From assembly GCA_947178125.1 (NCBI GenBank), contig CAMWXB010000003.1, forward strand, positions 28,919 through 92,918: 64,000 bases of DNA, given 5' to 3'. This DNA is from an uncultured Lachnospiraceae bacterium. GTDB taxonomy: Bacteria; Bacillota; Clostridia; Lachnospirales; Lachnospiraceae. The position numbers and the translations under genes are program-made. The notes beneath the pieces were generated by a model. The model was given only the letters and a program-made list of their open reading frames with translations. It was not told where the DNA came from and searched no databases. Numbering within the stretch: the first letter of the stretch is position 1; every line of letters starts with the position of its first letter. Below, piece after piece: positions 1 to 8,479 of this stretch.

Positions 1-951
1 AATGCCTCTGTATCCATCGATATCCTTCATAACAGCCGTTCCGCCGGATACATTCATGACGCGGCCGTCCTCGCTGATATTGTCGAGAAGTCCCTTGATG
101 GCAAGGTTGATATGGCGGGTATGCAATGGATTGCCCCGCTCAAGCATTGCCGCAGCGATTCCTGCGGAAGCGGAAATTTCTTCATAAGATTCTTCGTCGT
201 TCAGGACCGTTCGCCAAAGACCTTTTTCTGTCTGGACTGTTTTCAGTGCAGCGAGCTGGTCGTTCAGGGAACCTGCCACATCCAGATATTTCGGGTAGAG
301 ATAACATTCCGGGAGCACGCTTCCTACCTTTGACATCGTATAAGCAGCCCAGGCATTGGCTCTGCCCCAGTATATACCGGACATGTGGTCCTTCGTAATA
401 TTGTTATAGCCGTGATAGTAGAAGCCCGTATTTTCATCCTGCAGATAATTGATGTGCCAGTACCATTGGTTCAGAGCGTCATCGATCATCGCTTCGTCTT
501 TGTTGATCACGCCGACTCTCAACAGAAAGAAGGCAGCCATAAATAACGTATCCGCCCATGCCTGCTCCGGAAAGTCATTTTTCGCGGAAACCGTATGCTG
601 AAGCACACTGTCGCCGAAGCGGAGAGCGTCTTTCTGTATGTATGCAATTTTGCTCATAACAAGGTCCCAGTATTTCTGTTCACCGGTGGCCTGATACAAC
701 GATACGAGACAATGTCCCATCGCGCAGGCATTTACCGTCCATACTTTCGGCAGGCCGAGTGAGATCAGTTCATCTACACGGTCTTTTAGAAGCGTCAGAT
801 ATTTTTCGTTTCCTGTTTTTTCATAAGCCTCGCTGATGCCGTAATAAGCAACGCCGCAGGGCCAGTCCCATGTCAGATCCATTTTCATGGTCCTGTCAAC
901 GATCCTGTCGATGACATTTTCTATCTGTTCCTTATTAAATTCCAACTGCAT
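1..951 (-). CDS. GH105/YteR-like unsaturated rhamnogalacturonyl hydrolase, partial (3' end outside the window)
   Basis: This is an open-ended minus-strand frame, absent from the ORF track because it has no stop in the window. My own translation from the ATG at 951-949 reads MQLEFNKEQIENVIDRIVDRTMKMDLTWDWPCGVAYYGISEAYEKTGNEKYL...QAWADTLFMAAFFL...GIYWGRANAWAAY, which is typical of this (alpha/alpha)6 hydrolase family. An AGGAGGG RBS lies 6 nt upstream. Confidence 0.7.
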   Translation of the reverse strand, partial: MQLEFNKEQIENVIDRIVDRTMKMDLTWDWPCGVAYYGISEAYEKTGNEKYLTLLKDRVDELISLGLPKVWTVNACAMGHCLVSLYQATGEQKYWDLVMSKIAYIQKDALRFGDSVLQHTVSAKNDFPEQAWADTLFMAAFFLLRVGVINKDEAMIDDALNQWYWHINYLQDENTGFYYHGYNNITKDHMSGIYWGRANAWAAYTMSKVGSVLPECYLYPKYLDVAGSLNDQLAALKTVQTEKGLWRTVLNDEESYEEISASAGIAAAMLERGNPLHTRHINLAIKGLLDNISEDGRVMNVSGGTAVMKDIDGYRGI

Positions 952-1208
952 AATCAGCCCTCCTGTTAAAAATATTTTGCGTATTTTACAATAAGATATA
1001 TATTCCATTATACAAAATTGGACATTTTTCTAATAGATTGCTTTCATTCAAAAATACAGCAATTTCGACCAAGTTTACAGACAATATGGAAGACAACATT
1101 TTATTTTTGTATTTTACAATAAAAACAAAACACTTTATAATAAAAAAAGAAGATTGTACGTCATTGTACATCAATTTTATGAAACGGATACAGGAAGGAG
1201 CAGATTGT

Positions 1209-1520
1209 ATGATCAAAGGATTTAAAATGAAACTATACCCTGGACAGGAGGCGGAATATGAGAGACGCCATAACGAACTCTGGCCGGAGATGAAGGACAT
1301 GATTCATGAGCATGGCGGAAAAAATTATTCTATTTTTCTGGATAAAGAGACGCTGACGCTGTTCGGCTATATCGAGATTGAAGATGAAGAACTCTGGGCA
1401 AAAGGCGCGGACACGGCAATCAATCGGAAATGGTGGGATTTCATGGCGGATATTATGGAGACGAATCCGGACAACAGCCCGGTGTCGGTTGATTTAAAAC
1501 CGCTGTTCCATTTGGATTGA
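1209..1520 (+). CDS. rhaM: L-rhamnose mutarotase
   Basis: The 103-aa product MIKGFKMKLYPGQEAEYERRHNELWPEMKDMIHEHGGKNYSIF...WWDFMADIMETNPD matches the RhaM/YiiL family. An AGGAAGGAG RBS precedes the ATG at 1209. The track ORF start at 1038 lies in AT-rich spacer with no RBS. Confidence 0.8.
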   Translation: MIKGFKMKLYPGQEAEYERRHNELWPEMKDMIHEHGGKNYSIFLDKETLTLFGYIEIEDEELWAKGADTAINRKWWDFMADIMETNPDNSPVSVDLKPLFHLD

Positions 1521-1616
1521 GACGAATTTATTCATCCTGCGAATGCTGCGGCCTGCGTACAGCGGACTGTGTTCGGATTCAAATGCAGCAGGCTGTGAGA
1601 AAATGGAGGTATCGGA

Positions 1617-2429
1617 ATGAAGATTGGCGTGAGAGCGCATGATTATGGAAAGATGGAAATTGAAAAGGCAGCCGAAACGCTGCACAGGGAAGGATATGAA
1701 GCGGCGCAGCTCGCACTGCCCAAAGTTTTTACCGGCATTGACAGTTATGAGGACATTACCGGGGAACATCTGGAAAGGATTCGGCGGGCTTTTGAAGAAT
1801 GGAAAGTGGAAATTCCCGTTTTCGGATGTTATATGGATTTGGGGAATCCCGATGAGGAGGTCCGCAGCCATGCTGTGAGCACACTGAAAAAATGTCTGGC
1901 CTACAGCCGGGAAATTGGCGCGAAAGTGGTCGGGACAGAGACCGCTTATCCGCATTTGAACCGGGAAGAAAAAGCCAAATGGTATCCTTATATGCTGGAC
2001 AGTGTGAAGCGTGTTGTGGAGGAAGCGGTGCGCCTCGATGTGAAACTGGCGGTCGAACCGGTATACTGGCATCCGCTTGAAAATCTGGAAGCGGTGAAGG
2101 ATGTACTGGAACAGGTGAATGACAGGGAGCATCTGCGGCTGATCTTTGATGCCTCCAATCTGCTGCAGTACCCGGATACGACAGATCAGTATGCCTATTG
2201 GCGGGAGTGGCTTGATAATGTCGGAGAATATGTGGAAGCGATGCACATCAAGGATTTCTATTTTGATGAAAAGGGCGGATATCACGGGGTACCGCTTGGA
2301 AAAGGTGTGATCCAATATCAGGCGGTTTCCGAATGGCTTCATGAAAACAGGCCGGATATGTATCTGCTCCGGGAGGAAATGGATCCGGCAATCGCGAAAG
2401 AAGACATAGGGTTTATGAAAAAGCTTTGA
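1617..2429 (+). CDS. sugar phosphate isomerase/epimerase (xylose isomerase-like TIM barrel)
   Basis: The 270-aa product has the family pattern: KIGVRAHDY..., VVGTETAY, LAVEPVYWHP and a HIKD motif. A GGAGG RBS is present. It lies next to rhaM and the GH105 gene. Confidence 0.65.
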   Translation: MKIGVRAHDYGKMEIEKAAETLHREGYEAAQLALPKVFTGIDSYEDITGEHLERIRRAFEEWKVEIPVFGCYMDLGNPDEEVRSHAVSTLKKCLAYSREIGAKVVGTETAYPHLNREEKAKWYPYMLDSVKRVVEEAVRLDVKLAVEPVYWHPLENLEAVKDVLEQVNDREHLRLIFDASNLLQYPDTTDQYAYWREWLDNVGEYVEAMHIKDFYFDEKGGYHGVPLGKGVIQYQAVSEWLHENRPDMYLLREEMDPAIAKEDIGFMKKL

Positions 2430-2595
2430 TATAGAAAGGTGTAATTCCGTAAAAGTAAAAATTGACGAAAATCGGGCAAAATTTGTATCTGTGCAGGCTT
2501 TGCTAAGGCTTGCATTCCTTTTTATGTCCTTTATAATATTCTTATATATTCTGATTCACTATCAAATAAATGAATGTTAATTAGAAAAACTCCAT

Positions 2596-4206
2596 ATGCT
2601 TAAATTTTTGAAAGACCGTTTGACGGCGAAATCGGTCAATCTTATTTTACCGGAAGGAATCTTTGACTTCATATTGTTTGTTAATGTAAGAAAAGGTACA
2701 TATGTACGGGAATATGGGAAGCAAAATTTACCATATGCCATACCGGAAGAAGGCGGATACGATGATTTCCTGAGAGGACTGTGCGAAAGGCTGTGCGGCA
2801 GCGAAGAAGAATTTCACGAGAATATGAAACTGATCAGAGTCCTCGGCGCATTGGCCGTTCAGGAGAAGTATACTGTAATATGCAGTTTGAAGATTGGGAA
2901 CGGTTTATATCATAAGAAAATTACTTTTATCAGGAATACTTTTTTTGAAAAGTCCAGTAAACAGAAAGAAAATATCATTGTTTTCTGTGAGGATATTACC
3001 GAAATTTTTTTCGATTGGGAAGTCCGGAGAGAAAACAGCGGAAGAAGATCCGGTCAGCAGAAGGAAAATGCAGAAATTCTGCAGAAACGGATCGTATATC
3101 TTGTCCACGAAATCAGAACATCTCTTAACAGCATCTATGGTAGTCTGACATTGCTGCGGGAGGAGTGGCATCCGGAGAGTGGATATCTGGATAATGCCGT
3201 TCTTTCCGCGGAATATCTTCTGAATCTTGTGAACAGCATTCTGGATATCTCTGCGTTGGAAGTTCAGGGCGTTGGGAAAACAGAGGCAGTTATGCTGGAG
3301 GAACTTGCAAGATATCCACAAGGGATTTTGGCACAGGAGGCAGAGAGGCGGAATATCCGGTTACAGTTTCTTTTTGGGGAACCGGTATATCAATATCTAT
3401 ATGTGAACAGAACAGTCGTCCAGCAGATTATCATCAACATGATCTCCAATGCACTGAAATATACAGAAGGTGGCGGACAGGTAGTCTGTCATATGAGAGA
3501 ACTGTATCAGGAGGAAAAAAGAGTCCGGCTTTTGCTGGAAGTGTCTGATACGGGAATCGGCATGGAAGAAGGATTTCTTGCCGATGTATGGAAATCTTAT
3601 ACGCGGGAAGGACGAAAGAGAGGAACAGAAGGGAGCGGACTTGGACTGGCCCTGACGAAGCGTCTGGTAGAGATGCTTCATGGCACGATACGAATTGAGA
3701 CAAAGAAAAATACAGGAACAACGGTAACAGTAGTACTGGAAGTGGATGGAGATGATGTCCTGTATGAATCGTCGGGAGCGTCCGGGAAAGCCGTCGGAGA
3801 GGAACCGGTTTCCATCAAAAGAGCGCTGGTCGCGGAAGATGAAGATGCAAATATGGAAGTCCTGTGCGGATATTTGGAAAAAATGGGCATTGCCGCAGAT
3901 AAAACATATGACGGCGATGAAGTGTTGGAGATTTTCAGGCAGTCGGAAGAATTTTATTATGATGTGATCCTGATGGATGTCCATATGCCCGGCATAAGCG
4001 GATATGAAGCAGCCGGGAAGATCAGGAGCATGGGAAGGAATGACAGCGGACTGCCGATCATTGCCGTGACGGCGGATATCCTTGATAAGCAGATTGCAGA
4101 AGAGATGTCCGTTAAAGTGAACGGATATCTTGTCAAGCCGTATCGCATAGAAGATATCAGGTCTGTGCTGCTGCAGATTTCCGGGTCCTGGAAGGGGAAT
4201 GATTAA
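2596..4206 (+). CDS. hybrid sensor histidine kinase (HisKA + HATPase_c + C-terminal receiver)
   Basis: H-box LVHEIRTSLNSIYG, N-box NMISNALKYT, G-boxes DTGIGM and GSGLGLALTKRLVEM, then a receiver domain (ALVAEDEDANMEVL...ILMDVHMPGISGYE...AVTAD...KP). I saw no obvious transmembrane segment. Confidence 0.8.
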   Translation: MLKFLKDRLTAKSVNLILPEGIFDFILFVNVRKGTYVREYGKQNLPYAIPEEGGYDDFLRGLCERLCGSEEEFHENMKLIRVLGALAVQEKYTVICSLKIGNGLYHKKITFIRNTFFEKSSKQKENIIVFCEDITEIFFDWEVRRENSGRRSGQQKENAEILQKRIVYLVHEIRTSLNSIYGSLTLLREEWHPESGYLDNAVLSAEYLLNLVNSILDISALEVQGVGKTEAVMLEELARYPQGILAQEAERRNIRLQFLFGEPVYQYLYVNRTVVQQIIINMISNALKYTEGGGQVVCHMRELYQEEKRVRLLLEVSDTGIGMEEGFLADVWKSYTREGRKRGTEGSGLGLALTKRLVEMLHGTIRIETKKNTGTTVTVVLEVDGDDVLYESSGASGKAVGEEPVSIKRALVAEDEDANMEVLCGYLEKMGIAADKTYDGDEVLEIFRQSEEFYYDVILMDVHMPGISGYEAAGKIRSMGRNDSGLPIIAVTADILDKQIAEEMSVKVNGYLVKPYRIEDIRSVLLQISGSWKGND

Positions 4207-4209
4207 ATC

Positions 4210-4863
4210 ATGAAGGGTATCATGGAACAGGAAAGGAAAGACGTGATTCGCCGGCTGAATCCGCATTTTCTTTTTAATACATTGGGCGCTGTCCGAATCA
4301 CAGTCAGGACCGACCCGGAGCTGGCTTATGACAGGATTTATGATCTTTCGAGATATTTAAGGACGGTCATTGGTTCTTTTGAGAAACAGGATAATATCCT
4401 TTTCCGGGAAGAGATGGATTGTGTATTTTCCTATGTGAATCTGGAAAGATTAAGATTCGGTGATAAGATCGTGTTCAACACAGAATTGTGGGAAAAGGAT
4501 TTCAGGATTCCGCCGCTGTCGGTGCTGCCGCTTGTGGATAATGCGATCAGACACGGTCTGCAGAGAGGCAGGAAAAAAGGGACGATAACGGTCAGAAGCT
4601 GTCGGATGTCACAGGAATATATCGTTCAGGTGGAGGATGACGGAACGGGATTTGAGATGTCGGAATGCGGCGCGGCGCCCGGAGAAGACGGAAAGAAAGC
4701 GGGAGGACTTTCGGACGTCAGATATCGTATGGAAAAAATGGTAAATGGAGGTATGGATATACTAAGTTATACGGGCGTCGGCACAGTGGTAACTTTGCAT
4801 ATTCCTGTTTTGGCAGAAAGGTGTGATGATTGCCATGAAGATAAGAACGATCATAGTAGATGA
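4210..4863 (+). CDS. short LytS/YesM-type histidine kinase core (His_kinase + HATPase_c) with no sensor or TM region
   Basis: LNPHFLFNTLGAV phospho-acceptor motif, LVDNAIRHGL N-box and VEDDGTGF G1 box. The protein is only 217 aa. Its start lies 4 nt after the upstream kinase stop, and its 3' end overlaps the next gene. Confidence 0.65.
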   Translation: MKGIMEQERKDVIRRLNPHFLFNTLGAVRITVRTDPELAYDRIYDLSRYLRTVIGSFEKQDNILFREEMDCVFSYVNLERLRFGDKIVFNTELWEKDFRIPPLSVLPLVDNAIRHGLQRGRKKGTITVRSCRMSQEYIVQVEDDGTGFEMSECGAAPGEDGKKAGGLSDVRYRMEKMVNGGMDILSYTGVGTVVTLHIPVLAERCDDCHEDKNDHSR

Positions 4864-5641
4864 TGAGTTGTGGAGCCTGAAGCAGTTCAAAGAGGAGTTC
4901 GAGAATGCTTCATGCATTGACCTGCAAGGGGAATTTGACAGCGTCGGGAGTGCGCTTGCCTATGCGGAAGAACATGCGGTCGATTTTGCCCTGTTGGATA
5001 TCCGGATGCCGGGTATGAACGGAATTGCGCTCGGGGAAAAGCTGCGGGAACTCAATCCTGAAATAATCCTCATTTATGTCACTGGCTATGAGGAGTTTTT
5101 AAAAGCGGCCATTTTGGACCTTCGTGCGGACTATTTTCTGATGAAGCCCTTTAATAATGCGGATGTTATGCAGATGATAGACAGAGTAAGATATCTTTCC
5201 GGCAGGCTGCAGAAGCGGGTATCGGTTCAGACATTTGGCGATTTTGATATCTTTGTTGACGGGCACCTGCTCGAATTTGCCAATCAGAAGGCCAAAGAAC
5301 TGTTCGCGATCTGTATCGACAGCGGCGGCGAGGTGACGATGAAAAAGAGTATTGATCTGCTCTGGGAGGGCAGGGGATATGATGATAAAGTAAAATGTCT
5401 GTACAGAAAGGCTGTCATTTATCTGAATGCGACGTTCAGGGAACATGGTGTTGCCGATATTTTCAGTAACAGAAGAGGAAGCTGTCATGTGAACAGGGAC
5501 GAGATATCATGTGATTATTATGAGGTGCTGGGCGGAAAGAATATCAAAGATACTTCTTTTGACGGCCGGTATATGTCCTCATATTCATGGGGCGAGGAAA
5601 CCTGCGGAAAACTGTGCCGTATGGCCGCCGAATATTTGTGA
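4835..5641 (+). CDS. response regulator with a winged-helix (OmpR/SARP-like) output domain
   Basis: Receiver motifs are IIVDDE, ALLDIRMPGMNG, YVTGY and KP. The C-terminal segment VQTFGDFDIFVDGHLLEFANQKAKELFAICID...IDLLWEG resembles SARP/OmpR DNA-binding domains. The start is ambiguous among 4823, 4826 and 4835. Confidence 0.7.
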   Translation: MKIRTIIVDDELWSLKQFKEEFENASCIDLQGEFDSVGSALAYAEEHAVDFALLDIRMPGMNGIALGEKLRELNPEIILIYVTGYEEFLKAAILDLRADYFLMKPFNNADVMQMIDRVRYLSGRLQKRVSVQTFGDFDIFVDGHLLEFANQKAKELFAICIDSGGEVTMKKSIDLLWEGRGYDDKVKCLYRKAVIYLNATFREHGVADIFSNRRGSCHVNRDEISCDYYEVLGGKNIKDTSFDGRYMSSYSWGEETCGKLCRMAAEYL

Positions 5642-5664
5642 TGAAGAAAAAATGTGGGAAACTC

Positions 5665-5691
5665 TAAAGTCTTTGCAAAATCATCCGATAC
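5665..5691 (+). promoter_or_regulatory. sigma-28 (FliA/SigD)-type promoter upstream of flgM
   Basis: TAAAGTCT-N11-TCCGATAC compared with the consensus TAAAGTTT-N11-GCCGATAA. It lies about 110 nt upstream of the flgM ATG. Confidence 0.55.
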
Positions 5692-5803
5692 ATTTAATAA
5701 CAGATGACAAAATTAAATTGATGTCTGCTGAAGCGGGCAAGGATTGTATGTAGAATGAAGCGATTCATGAAAATACAGAGATGGACAGGAAGGAGGGGTT
5801 TTT

Positions 5804-6085
5804 ATGCGTATTGAAGCATATACTCAGGTCCAACAGTTATATAACACAAAGAAAGCGGTCAGAACGCCTGCAGGCCAGAATGCCGGCACTTCCGATAAAA
5901 TACAGATTTCAAGCATCGGCAGGGACATTCAGGTAGCCAGAGCGGCGGTGGATGCGAGCAGCGATATCAGAGAAGAACTGATAGCTCCTCTCAGGGCCGG
6001 AATCGAGAACGGAACTTATCATGTGAGCGGCGAAAGTTTTGCGGAGAAATTATTACAGCAGTATGATGAGATTTCCGGTCTGTAA
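5804..6085 (+). CDS. flgM: anti-sigma-28 factor FlgM
   Basis: The 93-aa product contains DKIQISS...IREELIAPLRAGIENGTYHVSGESFAEKLL, which is typical of the FlgM C-terminus. A GGAAGGAGGGG RBS is present, and the gene sits at the head of the flagellar late genes. Confidence 0.8.
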   Translation: MRIEAYTQVQQLYNTKKAVRTPAGQNAGTSDKIQISSIGRDIQVARAAVDASSDIREELIAPLRAGIENGTYHVSGESFAEKLLQQYDEISGL

Positions 6086-6221
6086 AAGCGTGGGGAGAAC
6101 TTCTGCGGATTCGCATCGAAGGATATTCCGCCAGGAGGTTCTTCACACCGAAGAGTGCTGTTAAAACGGGCATTCTTCATCTGAACTTAGACCGCATAAA
6201 GCGGAGCATGGAGGATACAGC

Positions 6222-6740
6222 GTGGCAAGTTTAATGGAAGACTTGATAGACGTTTTGGAAAAGGAAAGCGGAGAATACAAAAATTTGTTGAATTTATCCA
6301 TGCAGAAGACGCAGGTCATTGTGTCAGAGGATTTGGACCAGTTAGCAAAAATCACGGATGAAGAACAGCTTATCGTGAGCAGAATCAACCATTTGGATAC
6401 GATTAGAAATGAGGCTGTACAGGATATAGCGAATGTACTTAACAAGGATGTTACAAAATTAAAAATTGCAGATTTGATCAAAATGCTCGAACAGAGACCG
6501 GAAGAACAGCAGAAACTGGCAGCGGCTTCTGATGCATTACAGTCAGTTGTAAGAAATGTGGCGAGAGTCAACGAGCAGAACCGGGAGTTGATTCAGAATG
6601 CGCTGGAAATGGTGCAGTTCAATATGAATCTTATCCAGTCAATGAAAGCGGCGCCGGAAACTGCTAACTACAACCGCGGCGCTTATAATACCGGCGATAT
6701 CATCGGTATTGAGCGGAAATCATTTGATGCAAAACAGTAA
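6222..6740 (+). CDS. flgN: FlgN-family flagellar chaperone
   Basis: GTG start with a GGAGGA RBS. The product is a helical 172-aa protein (LIDVLEKESGEYKNLLNLSMQKTQVIVSEDLDQLAKIT). Its position between flgM and flgK is the canonical one. Confidence 0.65.
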   Translation: MASLMEDLIDVLEKESGEYKNLLNLSMQKTQVIVSEDLDQLAKITDEEQLIVSRINHLDTIRNEAVQDIANVLNKDVTKLKIADLIKMLEQRPEEQQKLAAASDALQSVVRNVARVNEQNRELIQNALEMVQFNMNLIQSMKAAPETANYNRGAYNTGDIIGIERKSFDAKQ

Positions 6741-6766
6741 GAAAAATTGTTAAGGATGGTAGCGTT

Positions 6767-8443
6767 ATGTCATTAATGGGAAGCCTTTATCTGGGCGTAT
6801 CAGGATTACAAACTTCGAATAATGCGTTGAATACGACAGCGCATAATATGTCTAATCTGGACACCGTTGGCTATACAAGACAGCAGGTGTCTCAGGCAAC
6901 AAGAACCTATAATACAATTTCTAAGGGCCGGCCCAACTGGCAGCAGCTGGGTCTGGGTGTCAACTATTCCCAAACAAGACAGATAAGAGATTATTTTCTG
7001 GACAAAAATTATCGTCGTGAATCGGGCAGAAGCGCTTTTTACGATGTTGCCTATAGTGCATTGGAGGAAATCGAAGATGTACTTGGTGAATCCTATGAAG
7101 GCCATGCTTTTTCCATAGCGGTAACAGATTTGTGGACTGCGGTGGAAGAACTGAGCAAGGACCCTACGCTGGCGGTAAATCAGAACCTGTTCGTGACGCG
7201 TGCTAATGAGTTTATCACGAAAGCACAGGCAGTCTATACCAGTCTGGAAGAATATCAGGATAACATGAATCAGTCGGTGGCGCAGGATGTGGAAACGATC
7301 AACAAATATGCGCAGCAGATTGAAGCGCTGAATCGTCAGATTGCCAGAATGGAAGGCGGCGTAGAACATGCCAATGACCTGCGGGACCAGAGAAACTATC
7401 TGTTGGATGAACTGGCGACGATGGCATCCATTTCCTATCATGAAGATTCATTTGGTTATCTGAGTGTTCAGATGGAGGGCGTTGATCTGGTAAAAGGCGG
7501 ACTTGTCAATACCATTTCCCTTCATGAAGACCCGAAGACCGGATTTTATACTCCCTATTGGGAAATGCTGGCAAATTACAGCTATGATGAATATGGCAAT
7601 AAATATCTGACAGAAGATGCGCTTAAATCAGCACGGGTATTTGATCTGGAGCGGCCGATCTCTTCTATTACGAATACGGATATCGGTTCCCTGAAGAGCA
7701 CGCTTCTGGCCCGTGGCGATCACAGAGCGACAGCGCAGGAACTGAAAGATATCAATCCGGATGGAGAATATAAGGCGGGCTGGTATGATACGCATATTTC
7801 ACAGTCCATCATCATGAATGTCCAGGCGGAATTTGACCAGCTGATCAATGCAGTCGTTACGAAGATCAACGGAATTTTGAAAGAAGCAGCAGAACTGGAA
7901 TCGGCGTCTTATCCTAATTCTACATATCTCCGCGATGCGAACGGCAATCCGTATCAGCTGTTTGAACAGATCGTAGCGGATGGTTCCACTTGTAAACTGC
8001 CGGATGGAACGGTTGTGGAACTGGGATGGAATGTTTCCAATATCGAAATTAACATTGAACTCCGCCAGAGTCCGACACTGCTCGGTTTCAGACTGACGGA
8101 CAGCTCGGAAGACAATGCGACGACGGAAAAGCTGAAAAAGGCTTTCGAAGAAGCGATTTATACTTTGAATCCAAACGTACAGACGCCTGTCTGCTTCGTA
8201 GATTATTATAAAAATCTGGTTTCTCAGGTAGCGAATACCGGTTCCGTATTCGGAGATATCATGGAGAGCCAGACGGTTACGGTCGATTCTTTGTTCAATG
8301 CGAGAGAACAGATCATCGGTGTATCCTCCGATGAGGAACTGACCAATATGATCATGTTCCAGAATGCTTATAATGCTTCCAGCCGTTATATTAACGTTGT
8401 CAGCGAGATGCTGGAGCATATTCTGACAACACTGGGCCGTTAG
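6767..8443 (+). CDS. flgK: flagellar hook-associated protein 1 (FlgK), copy 1
   Basis: N-terminus SGLQTSNNALNTTAHNMSNLDTVGYTRQ and C-terminus DEELTNMIMFQNAYNASSRYINV are the conserved FlgK rod/hook-family termini. Confidence 0.85.
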   Translation: MSLMGSLYLGVSGLQTSNNALNTTAHNMSNLDTVGYTRQQVSQATRTYNTISKGRPNWQQLGLGVNYSQTRQIRDYFLDKNYRRESGRSAFYDVAYSALEEIEDVLGESYEGHAFSIAVTDLWTAVEELSKDPTLAVNQNLFVTRANEFITKAQAVYTSLEEYQDNMNQSVAQDVETINKYAQQIEALNRQIARMEGGVEHANDLRDQRNYLLDELATMASISYHEDSFGYLSVQMEGVDLVKGGLVNTISLHEDPKTGFYTPYWEMLANYSYDEYGNKYLTEDALKSARVFDLERPISSITNTDIGSLKSTLLARGDHRATAQELKDINPDGEYKAGWYDTHISQSIIMNVQAEFDQLINAVVTKINGILKEAAELESASYPNSTYLRDANGNPYQLFEQIVADGSTCKLPDGTVVELGWNVSNIEINIELRQSPTLLGFRLTDSSEDNATTEKLKKAFEEAIYTLNPNVQTPVCFVDYYKNLVSQVANTGSVFGDIMESQTVTVDSLFNAREQIIGVSSDEELTNMIMFQNAYNASSRYINVVSEMLEHILTTLGR

Positions 8444-8479
8444 ATTTAGACCGTTTTTGACGGTGGAAGGAGAGAAAAT

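Noticed and set aside
986-1300. Track ORFs 986-1300(-) and the 5' extension 1038-1208 of the rhaM ORF
   Set aside because: They lie in an AT-rich intergenic spacer and have low-complexity translations and no RBS. The rhaM homology begins at the ATG at 1209, which has a strong RBS.
1494-2342. A 282-aa minus-strand ORF antisense to the isomerase gene
   Set aside because: It is a shadow ORF entirely inside a well-supported plus-strand CDS. Its translation has no family resemblance. The same reasoning applies to 2905-3321(-), 3397-4266(-), 5099-5488(-), 6161-6571(-), 6806-7441(-), 7799-8419(-), 9251-9913(-), 10683-11297(-), 14438-14869(+), 24887-25387(+), 25992-26618(+), 38222-38782(-), 61646-62020(-) and the other short overlapping ORFs in the track.
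5511-5753. An 80-aa ORF spanning the response-regulator 3' end and the flgM promoter region
   Set aside because: It overlaps the regulator CDS out of frame and contains the sigma-28 promoter. It has no RBS.
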